From Carpediemonas membranifera BICM (lineage: Eukaryota; Protista; Fornicata): DNA of 64,000 nucleotides. This document shows positions 21,982 through 31,074 of this stretch, piece after piece (positions within the stretch are counted from its first letter, which is position 1; every line of letters begins with the position of its first letter). Below the pieces are notes generated by a model, which was given only the letters and a program-made list of their open reading frames with translations, had not been told where the DNA came from and ran no database searches. The stretch is taken from positions 124,001 to 188,000 of the forward strand of contig JAHDYR010000006.1 in NCBI GenBank assembly GCA_019828565.1, in the 5' to 3' direction. The translations under genes and the position numbers were made by a program.

Positions 21982-22034
21982 CGCACGTTCTCGTCCTTCG
22001 TTCGTTTGAAAAATCGCAGGTTAACCACGTCAAC

Positions 22035-22119
22035 CTTGTGCTATTGAAGGGTCCAACAATGTGTTTATACTGCGCAACAAACCTGTGGCCAACAATGCGT
22101 TTATACTGCGCAACAAACC
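22035..22119 (-). promoter_or_regulatory. 45-bp TATA-containing cassette (22035-22079) plus partial tandem copy (22089-22119)
   Basis: Identical to 34268-34312; the minus strand reads TGTTGCGCAGTATAAACACATTGTTGGACCCTTCAATAGCACAAG; lies 53 nt upstream of the MINDY ATG. The repeat is directly visible; the regulatory role is inferred. Confidence 0.55.
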
Positions 22120-22201
22120 CAACCTCTATATGTGCAGCATGCCAGCCATGTACTCGCCCGACGCCTCTTTATGCCAACATTCACTTCAATCTCCATCAAT
22201 A

Positions 22202-23030
22202 TCACATCATGTCGTCCAGCTCTGCCATGTCACCCACCTCCAGCTCAGACTCGGACTCGGGCTCCCGTTTGACTCCAGGCTCAGTCACAGGCATCTTCCT
22301 AACCACGGGCTCGTTCTTTTCGGGCTCTACTACGGCCTTGACCTTCGGCTTCGAGTACTGCAGCGTCACGGCTCGCATGGCCGGGTTGGACACGTGGAGC
22401 GTCTGCATAGGCCGGCTGGTCATCTCTATGTGCCGGCCCCGCTTCTCTATGATGGGCTTGGCCTCACCTCTGGCCTGAGCCGTGAGGGTCTCGGGCCGGC
22501 GGTTGCTGATCGCGGACTTCAGATCCTCGTTCTTGCGCTGGTTCGACTCTATGGCGTTCTTGACGTCCTTTGTTTCAGATCCTGGCCCGCCGGCTAGGAT
22601 TTGGATGAGCATGTCAATCTTCTGCCGATAATCGTACTTGCTGCTACGCTGACTGTTCAAAACTACGTGAGGGTGGATATTGGGACATACTAATCTCTTC
22701 TCTAGACGCGAGGAAGTCGTCGTAGTCGTCAATTGTCTCAAAGAACGTTTCGTCGAGCAAGAGCGCCTTCTCAATGATCTTACGGAAGTTCTCGTCTCGT
22801 TCCAACTCAGGGTCCTCGTATTGCTGATAAACGAAAGTCGTATACGTCTTGTAATCGTTGCAAGCGTCGCAGAACTGTCCGGAGCCTCCTGCCTTCTGTT
22901 TGCAGTCGTCACAAACGCGGATATGGCCACATTTTGAGATCAATAGCTTCATTTTCGGATTCAAATACTGTTCACGATGACAGAGACGGCATGATGAGCT
23001 GGAAATGAGCTCTGCTGCCAGCGTCGCCAT
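22202..23030 (-). CDS. MNAT1: CDK-activating kinase assembly factor MAT1 (two exons; intron 22663-22690)
   Basis: RING CRLCHREQYLNPKMKLLISKCGHIRVCDDC, then EDPELERDENFRK...DYDDFLASREEI; a 28-nt GTATGT...CACGTAG intron joins ORFs 22644-23090 and 22202-22930 in frame. Confidence 0.88.
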
Positions 23031-23138
23031 CACTGTGCACTTTATGTCAAAACCGATTATCGTCCGAACTACCCCTCTTCCGCCTACCACCCTCTACCAT
23101 GTGGCCCAAGCCTGCATTTTACAACTATAACTCCATTC

Positions 23139-24074
23139 TCAATCAAAGTTGAGTCTCTCGAGCACACGATTGATGCTGGCCCCGATAAAGGGGACGACGC
23201 GCTTGAACGGCCCAGTCGCCACATCTTTCATAAACTGCACGAAGACATTCTTGTTGACAAGATCCCGCATCGCTTCAGCGACAAGAGCCTGTCTCATCCC
23301 GGTCTCAAGTCCCTCAATCATCGTTATGTCGAGTCCAATGTCCGGTACATGCTTAAGTAAATCACCCACGGGTAGCTCCATAGGCAGATCTGGGTCCATG
23401 CCGAGTTTCTGGGCGATCGGCTTGAAGTGCGGGATCATATCCGAGATTAGCATGAACGCCGAATCAGCCTGCATTCCCTCGCTCACCACGAGGGTGGTGA
23501 TCTTTGCCAGGACCACTGACAGGGCAGCGGGCAGTGTCGTAGTGAGCATAGCAGCGCACAGGGCAGCGGTACGGTTCTTCTCGAGCCCCTCATTCAATAT
23601 GGCCACAGTCTGCTCATTGCCGTCGATAACGTGTACTGCGCCGAGCAGGGGACCTGCAGCGGCCATGGAGTGTGTCCAGTGGGCAAGGTCGTCGAGGAGT
23701 GCCGTGAATGAGATGATGCTGTAGCTCAGGTAGATACCAGCCTCGTCCTCAGGGTCAAGGGGCGTGGGCGGCATCGTTACCAGTCCAGTAGCGCTGCGCT
23801 GGAAGGCCTTGAGGTACTCTTCGGGGAGGACGCGGCAGATGAAGCCGTAGTCGGTGGGGTTTCTGCGGAGATTGTTGGAGTGCCACTCGGTGATCTTCTC
23901 GTCATCTACAACTACGAACAGGTTAATCGTCCGATCACCAGTCACTACGTTCACTGGCTGATGAAGGTCCCCGTATGCAAGAACCAGGCGCAAGCCGGGG
24001 CCATGAAACCTATCACTGATTGTGTTGATTAATGTATCGTCTAGTTCTATGCCATTGTCGTTCGTTGGGTCCAT
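23139..24074 (-). CDS. TAM41: Divergent Tam41/Mmp37-like protein (mitochondrial CDP-DAG synthase family)
   Basis: LAYG, LFVVVDD..EWHSNNLRRNPTDY, YSIISFTALLDDLAHW...AG.L, NRTAALCAAML follow the Tam41 motif order. Confidence 0.72.
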   Translation of the reverse strand: MDPTNDNGIELDDTLINTISDRFHGPGLRLVLAYGDLHQPVNVVTGDRTINLFVVVDDEKITEWHSNNLRRNPTDYGFICRVLPEEYLKAFQRSATGLVTMPPTPLDPEDEAGIYLSYSIISFTALLDDLAHWTHSMAAAGPLLGAVHVIDGNEQTVAILNEGLEKNRTAALCAAMLTTTLPAALSVVLAKITTLVVSEGMQADSAFMLISDMIPHFKPIAQKLGMDPDLPMELPVGDLLKHVPDIGLDITMIEGLETGMRQALVAEAMRDLVNKNVFVQFMKDVATGPFKRVVPFIGASINRVLERLNFD

Positions 24075-24305
24075 CTTTTGTTGTGGCCTGAACGGGCGAT
24101 GAATGGGGCTTTGTATAATCTGCGCACTCTGAGTCCAATGAACTGGTACTGGCGCTGCCCCTGCCCGAGAGTGCCATGTGCCCCTCGACACAACCCAGGT
24201 CACACTCCTCCCATGCTCAGTCTACTCCGACCAGCAATATCCCCACTGACCTCTCAATGACCCAACTCCCTCCAATCTCACATCAAACGCATCATTTTAC
24301 AGTCC

Positions 24306-24887
24306 TCATTCCTCGTCCTCGTCGTCGTAGGTGTACCTGATCTCGGAAGGATCCTTGACCTCGTGCCACACATAGTCCTGCCGGGTGACACTCATTCTAT
24401 CCTCGGGGAGGATCCCGCCACTGTTCAGGTGGATGTGGCTCTCACGAAGGCCAAGCTCGACAGACTTTTGGATGGCATCGCGCTGCTCATCGGGGGAAAA
24501 GGGGTGGAAGTTCCTCTGATAGTCCGTCTGCGCCATTTGGGAGTCGGCGCTGGATAGCACGATGGAGGACTTGCGGATGTGAGACGAATCGATGGCGTTG
24601 GGGCGAGCTTCCTTCGGATCCATGGGTACCTGTGTGATTGTGATCAAAGTGGGGGGACGAACGTAGTTGCGCTTCATTTCGGAAACATAGTAGTCATTGG
24701 GATTCGAGTTATCGCCGAGGTTGAAGTGGGAAACGCGCAGGGTCTTCCGAAGCTCCACGGCCTCCTGGACGGATGCTTCCTTCAGATCGTGGGGCACAAA
24801 GGATTCTGCGTAAACAGACTTGGCATTGTTCTCGCTCCCAGCCATGGCGAGAGAAATGTGGGAAGCATAAAGTCTCTTCTTCGACAT
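24306..24887 (-). CDS. SAXO/TEX45-like ciliary microtubule inner protein
   Basis: Repeated SHFNLG/SHIHL and SEMKRNY/TDYQRNF/SVTRQDY (Mn-motif-like) units. Confidence 0.55.
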   Translation of the reverse strand: MSKKRLYASHISLAMAGSENNAKSVYAESFVPHDLKEASVQEAVELRKTLRVSHFNLGDNSNPNDYYVSEMKRNYVRPPTLITITQVPMDPKEARPNAIDSSHIRKSSIVLSSADSQMAQTDYQRNFHPFSPDEQRDAIQKSVELGLRESHIHLNSGGILPEDRMSVTRQDYVWHEVKDPSEIRYTYDDEDEE

Positions 24888-25305
24888 TTGTTGTTAGTTG
24901 GATGAGCTAGAAAATTTCGCAGAATAAGGTCTCTTTGATCTAGTCCCACGATAGCTACTGGGACCAGCCAGAGCTAGAAATGATGAGAAATGATAGCACA
25001 TATGCGCATGCTAACATTTGATTTCGAGAATGTCAGACAGAAGTTGAAGGCAGGTGAATGAGAAGCATTTCAACGGCAATCACATCCGCCGACCACTAAG
25101 GACTCGATTCAGTCATCCCGCTGTCATATCAAGAGCGACGAGGGGCACGGCCGGTATCGCGCAGATTATGTTTCAAACACGAGCGCGGAGGAGTGAACTC
25201 GGATGCAGATTGACACACAGGTCCGGCCCGAATGTATGGAGGTTCCTCTATCTAACTTATTCAGATCCATTGCTCCTTGATCGCCTGAATGCCTTCGATC
25301 GTCAG

Positions 25306-25767
25306 ATGGAAAGGAATGCGTTCGTTTCCAACCTATACAAAGAGACTGGGGACATATCATCTCCGAGGCTAGCCATAGAGTCGTCCAAAAACGCCTCGTT
25401 ACTTTCAAACGCCGTTCTCGCTGAATCCATCGCCGCCGTCGCCAGCAAACAAGACTCCGTTGACAGCCTCCTTTCAACCCTCAAGGACGCAATCACACAA
25501 ACATCCGCCCACCCGACACTCCCTGCGCCCGAGGAGGTGACTTGGGCCCGCATGGAGGCCGTCCTCCGAGGCGGTCAGTCCATGGTCTGGGCCGACCTAC
25601 CTGAGCCCCCGACCGCCCCAGTAGACGCGACCAAAGCTGCTGAGGAGACTACTGAGGGCCAGGGTGGGTATGACGAGGATATGGCGATGGACTCTGGCAA
25701 GGATGAGGGGGGCAGCGACTATTCACCTGGAAGCGAGCCCGACGACGATGTCGACATGGGGGAGTGA
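25306..25767 (+). CDS. Hypothetical protein with acidic C-terminus
   Basis: About 150 aa ORF from ATG 25306; start uncertain. Confidence 0.55.
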   Translation: MERNAFVSNLYKETGDISSPRLAIESSKNASLLSNAVLAESIAAVASKQDSVDSLLSTLKDAITQTSAHPTLPAPEEVTWARMEAVLRGGQSMVWADLPEPPTAPVDATKAAEETTEGQGGYDEDMAMDSGKDEGGSDYSPGSEPDDDVDMGE

Positions 25768-26243
25768 GAGTTGTGTGTATAAAGGACAGCGCGCTTTGGG
25801 CGATGTTGGTGGTGTTGCACTTCTTGGTCGGCTGGGACAACGCCGCGCCTGTCCGCTTTTTGTGATAGTAAGATTTGAAGCCGGCATGAAGAACACCTGT
25901 GGCAGCTTAGTACGCTAGTCCTTGATAATTTGCTTGAATCATACTCCAGGACCCGAGGCTGCCGGGTCGATTGTGTGGGATCATCTCGAGTCCAAGGCCA
26001 CCGGTGGTCGACCAATCAGAAATAGCTGTGACGACTCTGCGGTCGAAGAGCAGTTCTGTCAATAATAAAAACTGCGTCTCATACATCTTTAACAGTAACC
26101 GTGCCCAGTTAATGTAACTGAGAGACGGGTCGGGTCAGCTCATGTCAATGCCCCGTTCAACCACTTCCACTGTTGTGACGCGCCGAGAGCTTCAGTACTG
26201 TAATAGTGGCCACCCAAGTCACCCTATTCCAACCACTTATCAT

Positions 26244-29200
26244 TTACATAGGCTCTCTCTTAACATCCTCTTCCCACGCACCCTCCCACTTGAGGTCCAC
26301 TGCCCGCCGCCTGCCGTCATGAATCTCGCCCCCGAAGTCCACATACTCATACTTCAGCTGAGGTGACGTGTCAGCCAGCAGGACGAAGTCGTTCATCTTG
26401 ATTCCTTGGCCAATCGCCCAGGTCTTGCTGCTCTGAGGCACACGGAGGACTGAGCGAGCGAACTGAAGCTTGGCCGCGCCGTGATTATCTTCCTCTTGCG
26501 TCGACCGCTGCCGCCGACCAAGGATGTCTCGCGTGTTGATAGACGGGAGTGCTATCTTCATCCAGACGAGGTATGGACAGTGCACTCCCTCCTCAAGGAT
26601 CGCGAAGGGCGCCTTGAGCTCGAGGGACGTCAGCGACGTCATCCACACCAGCATGTCTTTCTGACTCACCCCGGACCTGCTTGCCCGCCGTGCCAGGGCA
26701 GATAGGTCGATGCCCTGGTTGCTGTACCAGCTTCTTGTCTCAATGGGGGCGTCCGCGTGGGTGTCGTTGGACATCTTTGGGTGAGGGGCGATGATGCGGA
26801 GGTCGCGGACGGTGGTCAGCTGGCGGAGCAGTGATGACGTCTCTCGGAGTGTATCGCGTGTGATTTTTTGGAGCTTGAACTTCCACTCGTTGTCTATCGC
26901 GTCCACAGGGCGGGGGAAGACCTCATCCTCAATCTCGAGGCTGAATCTCTTCATATCCGGGAACCAGAGCTCTGGTACAACCCTAGGCCGTGTCTCCGCG
27001 ACCGCCTCGTCTCGGTTGAATGTTTCAAAGTACGAATCAGAGTTCTTCTTCTTCTCGAGCTCACGGATGGGCCTCAGGTAGACCCCGGACAGCTCAAGCC
27101 GGGTGAGGCCCCTGGGCAGAGTGTCAGTCGCCACATAGTGCTGCGTTGGGTCAGCATGGCCTTTGAAATCGACCGAGAGTACTCTTAGGGGTCTGGGGTC
27201 GTCTCCTGACTTGAACACCGCGTCGTACGCCTCCTTGGCGTGCTGGTACCGGGCGTCTGTCTGCTGCTTGGCCATGGCGTCGTCATACGCCAGCTGAGCG
27301 TCTCTCAGTCGGGTCTGGGCAGCTGTGAAGTACGGGTTGGCCGCCAACTCTGCCTTGGCCGCTGTGAGCTCCATGGCAGCCTTCTTATACGACAGGCTGA
27401 CTCGGTCGAACTCCCTGACCATCAACTCGTGCTTACCTATGATCACAGCAAGCTGACTCGGCGCTCCGACACTCGCAACCTGCACGTTGGGCAGGAACGG
27501 TGTCACATGGAGTTCGACTGTTGTGGTCGGGTCAAATTCGACTGTGTGGACCCGGATAGTGGAGTCAGAGTCGCACGTGACTGCGGACTTACTGACAGAC
27601 AGTCGGTCGAGGTCTGCGCCGTTCAGGTCAGCGAGGTTGAGCCGGCCTGGGTAGCTTGCGATGTCGAGCTCCTGCACCCCCTGGAGTGAGGCGGGTAGGA
27701 CGGTGTTACTGAGACATAATGTGCGGAGATTAGGGCCCATGGTGTCTGGGATCGCCATGCACTGGGAGGCATGGAGGTACTGGGGAGTGAACGTGGCCGT
27801 GGAAAGGTCAAACCCGGTCAGCTCAGCCACGGCAACACTCTGGGCGATATCTGCGGCCGTGACACCGTACGGGGCGTCCATCGTCAGCCAGCGGAGACCG
27901 GGCAGACCTACCAGCTGCCTAGGCACTGCCCCAGCCTTACCCAGGGCCCGCACCTCGACTCGGCGGATGGAAGACGGCACAGTGCCGGGCCCGTTGTCGG
28001 ACAGGGGCTTGATGGCGACCCCTGTGGACTTGACTGATTCAACTCCGTCAAGGCGGGTCAGGTCGATTGCCGTGCCCGGAGCGGGGCTGGTGGAGGCGGT
28101 GTCGAAGGTGAGCAGGGCTCTGCTGGAGTCCCCGGCGAGGGCGAGGCTCTTCAGCTCGGGCGTGTAGACAGAGTAGGGTGTGGCATTGTCAATCGGTGGG
28201 AAGAACATGAGAGAGAGGTCGACATGCTTCAGACGCCGCATCTCCGTCCTCGTCGCGGGCACCCTGACCTTGATCTTCGATCGTTGGTCATCGTTCGTGC
28301 CGCTGTGCAGTTTAAGGTAAGTCAGAGTGGGAGGGAAGTCATCCATGGTGAGGCGGAGCTCCTCGTTGCAGATGGAGCGGTCGATGATGAGCGTGGTCAG
28401 CCCCGCGGAGTCTCGGATGTGGGGTGTAGGGTTCCTGAGGATGCTACGTAACTCGTAAATCGGGTCGACCTCGGCCAGTTCCTTAAAGTGCAGTTTCCGG
28501 ATGTCCGGCATGGAGATCATGCTCCACTTGAACTGCTTCTCCCTGAACTTCTTGCCCTTGTTCCTGTTAGTGATGTTTGCCTCGACTACCTCCTTGTAGT
28601 TGGAGTTGGACCTCGTACCCTTCATCGTCCACTCCTCAATGTCACGGATCACCTCGTGGGTCGCCTCATGCAGTTGTCTGGTGTTGGTTCGCGTGTCAGC
28701 TTGGAAGCCTGAGAGGCGAAGCTCGGGTGTAGAGAGAGAGCGGAGCCGTCCGCCACAGTTCCGGATGGAGTTCACGAGCTTCAGCAGGCTGAGCACGCGG
28801 GAGTGACTCGGGTTCGACTTCATCAGATCGAGTTTTGCCAGATTAGACCACATGGCGTCACCCTGGATCATCTGGTTGCGAATCTGCAGCTCCTCCACAC
28901 CATGGACTCTTCTGGGTCCCCCGGGCTTCTGGATGAGCTGCTCGAGTCTGATCGCCTTGCCTGGGTCATCAGCCCCGTCATCTCCGACGTGGTCGTAATC
29001 GAGGTTTGCCACGCGGCGTACGTTCGTCAGGAGCTCTCTCACGCTAGCGCAGCTCCACCAGAAGGAACCACGGTGGTCTAGGGCGATCGTGTGGACTTCT
29101 TTGAGGGCTGGGGCGAGAGCGGCTGCTGCCCACTTGGCGACGACGAAAGAGGGGGCGTCGGCCTCCTTGGAGTCTGCCTGCTCAGTCTTGACATCCGGGT

Positions 29201-29969
29201 CGTACTTATCAGCCGGCTGGCCAGATTCGGCAGCGAGGAATCTGGCGGCGAGATCAAAGAGGAGTCGGCGGAGGTCGGCCACGTCGCCCTCGCCCTTCAC
29301 AGCGTCTGAGGCCTCGGAGAGGGCAGCAAGGAGCTTCTTCGGAGGCATGCTGAAGGGTTCGGCGGGGTTCTTGAACTTCAGCACGAGCTTTGTCTTCAGC
29401 GGGTTGAACTGTTGATCGGATGCAGCGGGGCGGACGTTGGTGCTGGAGTGGACAACGGCCCTGGCCAGAGAGACTGCGTCCTTGCCAATCTTTTCAGGAT
29501 CAAAGGTCTCGATGGCCTCAGGATCAAGGTCTGCGAGGTCCTGAAGCTTCATAGCCATGTCAATCGAGGGGTTCGACACGCACTTGATAAACAGCGCAAT
29601 CGTGCGCACAGGACTGGTGTACTTGCTTGTGCTGGAGAAGAGAGCTCTGGCAAGGACCTCCTCGCTGACGTCGTTGCCCTGCGGAGCGCGCTCGATCATC
29701 GAACGCGGCATGAGGAACATCTTCTGGATAGAATCCACAACTACGAAGCGCGGGCCCTCAAGCTTAAGCGTATGCTCGTAGAAGATGCGGCCCCAGAGCT
29801 TTGGGTTCTTCGTAATCTCTTCGACACTGTTCGCGGCCTGTTGCTCAGCAGCACGGCGCTGTGCTTCAGCCCGTTCTTTTTGTTCCCTCTCTTTCGCCTG
29901 TTGTGCTCTTTTTTGGCGATACCGATCCATCCAAAGAGGAAAGTTGTCCGGATTTGTGCAGTTTTGCAT
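26244..29969 (-). CDS. Large hypothetical protein with degenerate leucine-rich repeats
   Basis: 1241 aa ORF; recurrent LxxLxL units (PPTLTYLKL, LKHVDLS, PELKSLAL, PNLRTLCLS, PRGLTRLELS, TSLTSLELK). Confidence 0.75.
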   Translation of the reverse strand: MQNCTNPDNFPLWMDRYRQKRAQQAKEREQKERAEAQRRAAEQQAANSVEEITKNPKLWGRIFYEHTLKLEGPRFVVVDSIQKMFLMPRSMIERAPQGNDVSEEVLARALFSSTSKYTSPVRTIALFIKCVSNPSIDMAMKLQDLADLDPEAIETFDPEKIGKDAVSLARAVVHSSTNVRPAASDQQFNPLKTKLVLKFKNPAEPFSMPPKKLLAALSEASDAVKGEGDVADLRRLLFDLAARFLAAESGQPADKYDPDVKTEQADSKEADAPSFVVAKWAAAALAPALKEVHTIALDHRGSFWWSCASVRELLTNVRRVANLDYDHVGDDGADDPGKAIRLEQLIQKPGGPRRVHGVEELQIRNQMIQGDAMWSNLAKLDLMKSNPSHSRVLSLLKLVNSIRNCGGRLRSLSTPELRLSGFQADTRTNTRQLHEATHEVIRDIEEWTMKGTRSNSNYKEVVEANITNRNKGKKFREKQFKWSMISMPDIRKLHFKELAEVDPIYELRSILRNPTPHIRDSAGLTTLIIDRSICNEELRLTMDDFPPTLTYLKLHSGTNDDQRSKIKVRVPATRTEMRRLKHVDLSLMFFPPIDNATPYSVYTPELKSLALAGDSSRALLTFDTASTSPAPGTAIDLTRLDGVESVKSTGVAIKPLSDNGPGTVPSSIRRVEVRALGKAGAVPRQLVGLPGLRWLTMDAPYGVTAADIAQSVAVAELTGFDLSTATFTPQYLHASQCMAIPDTMGPNLRTLCLSNTVLPASLQGVQELDIASYPGRLNLADLNGADLDRLSVSKSAVTCDSDSTIRVHTVEFDPTTTVELHVTPFLPNVQVASVGAPSQLAVIIGKHELMVREFDRVSLSYKKAAMELTAAKAELAANPYFTAAQTRLRDAQLAYDDAMAKQQTDARYQHAKEAYDAVFKSGDDPRPLRVLSVDFKGHADPTQHYVATDTLPRGLTRLELSGVYLRPIRELEKKKNSDSYFETFNRDEAVAETRPRVVPELWFPDMKRFSLEIEDEVFPRPVDAIDNEWKFKLQKITRDTLRETSSLLRQLTTVRDLRIIAPHPKMSNDTHADAPIETRSWYSNQGIDLSALARRASRSGVSQKDMLVWMTSLTSLELKAPFAILEEGVHCPYLVWMKIALPSINTRDILGRRQRSTQEEDNHGAAKLQFARSVLRVPQSSKTWAIGQGIKMNDFVLLADTSPQLKYEYVDFGGEIHDGRRRAVDLKWEGAWEEDVKREPM

Positions 29970-30156
29970 GAAAAAATGTTCACAGTCGAGTCGAGGTCTG
30001 GACGAGACGGTAGCATGTCAAACACGGGCAACGGGTGGCAATCTGCATGGCCGTGAGCCTATGTTGTTCGGTTCTGACTCGAGCGCCCAAGTTGCGTGCG
30101 AGGAACGACTCAGGCTGACTCCCACTCCGCCAGCATCGAGTCTTGCTTGTAAGGGC

Positions 30157-30185
30157 ATTATTATTATTACTATTCATTATTATTA
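30157..30185. repeat. Imperfect (ATT)n microsatellite
   Basis: attattattattactattcattattatta. Confidence 0.7.
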
Positions 30186-30331
30186 ATGGGTGTGGGGAGC
30201 ATTAGGGTCGACGTCTCTCCCCAGGGGGGCAGTTCGGTCGTTCGCATCATCACGGGTGGGGCGACACAAGGGAACCACCCAACACAGGAAGCGTCATTTT
30301 ACTAGTACAACTAACCTAACCCCAGCTACCT

Positions 30332-30898
30332 TCACCCCTTCTTCCCAAGTGCAGAAACTTTGAGCCGCGACCCAGCCGGCTTTTTCGCCCCTTTCGCTCG
30401 ACCATATGGTACATCAGCAGCCTTGGGGGCAACGTTGATAGTCACCTCGTCGTCATGCATGGCTAGTGTGTTTGTAGGGGAAAACGGGACATCGGTGAGA
30501 GGTCTGTCGCCGCCATCGCTGGGGGTGCAGCCGAACGTGCTGCTAAACATCGTACTATACTGCTCGCTGCTAGGGGGTGGCCTGGACCCTGTAGCCTGGG
30601 CGCTGAGCTGGGCCCTGGAGAGAGGCGAGGCGACGGCGAGCGGCTGGACGGGCACAGAGGGCGCGGAGAACTGCAGCCCGGCCACGGGGATCTGTGATAC
30701 GTGGCTAGTTTGCGCGTATTGCGGCCGGGATGTGGGAACATGAGTTTGAACTTGCGTTCCGAAGACGGTAGAGCGATGTATGTCATCACGCTGCTCAGTG
30801 CGGTCCTGGAACGACTCAATGATTGTATGCGATGGTAATGAAGACTTCTTGCGGAGCTTGAAGTACTCCTCTGCGTTCCATGTTGATTTTGGAAGCAT
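30332..30898 (-). CDS. Hypothetical disordered protein
   Basis: About 190 aa Ser/Pro/Thr-rich ORF from ATG 30898. Confidence 0.5.
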   Translation of the reverse strand: MLPKSTWNAEEYFKLRKKSSLPSHTIIESFQDRTEQRDDIHRSTVFGTQVQTHVPTSRPQYAQTSHVSQIPVAGLQFSAPSVPVQPLAVASPLSRAQLSAQATGSRPPPSSEQYSTMFSSTFGCTPSDGGDRPLTDVPFSPTNTLAMHDDEVTINVAPKAADVPYGRAKGAKKPAGSRLKVSALGKKG

Positions 30899-31074
30899 CA
30901 GTCGCTCGCTTCCTCGAAATTTCGACTCACGACTGTGGTGCTGCTGCGAGTCGGGTCCTACGACGTTACAATCGCTCGGCCAGCCCAATTTACCGTGATT
31001 CCCAAGACTTTGTCAGCTCTTCAATCTTCTCCAGCTGGCCAGACCATCGGCGTCCAACGCTTTACTTTGCTACA

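Noticed and set aside
22053-22119. CRISPR-like repeat array
   Set aside because: Only two 31-bp units separated by 5 nt; no spacers, no cas genes, eukaryotic context.
25306-25767. Mediator subunit Med4 assignment
   Set aside because: Only a vague resemblance; left as hypothetical.
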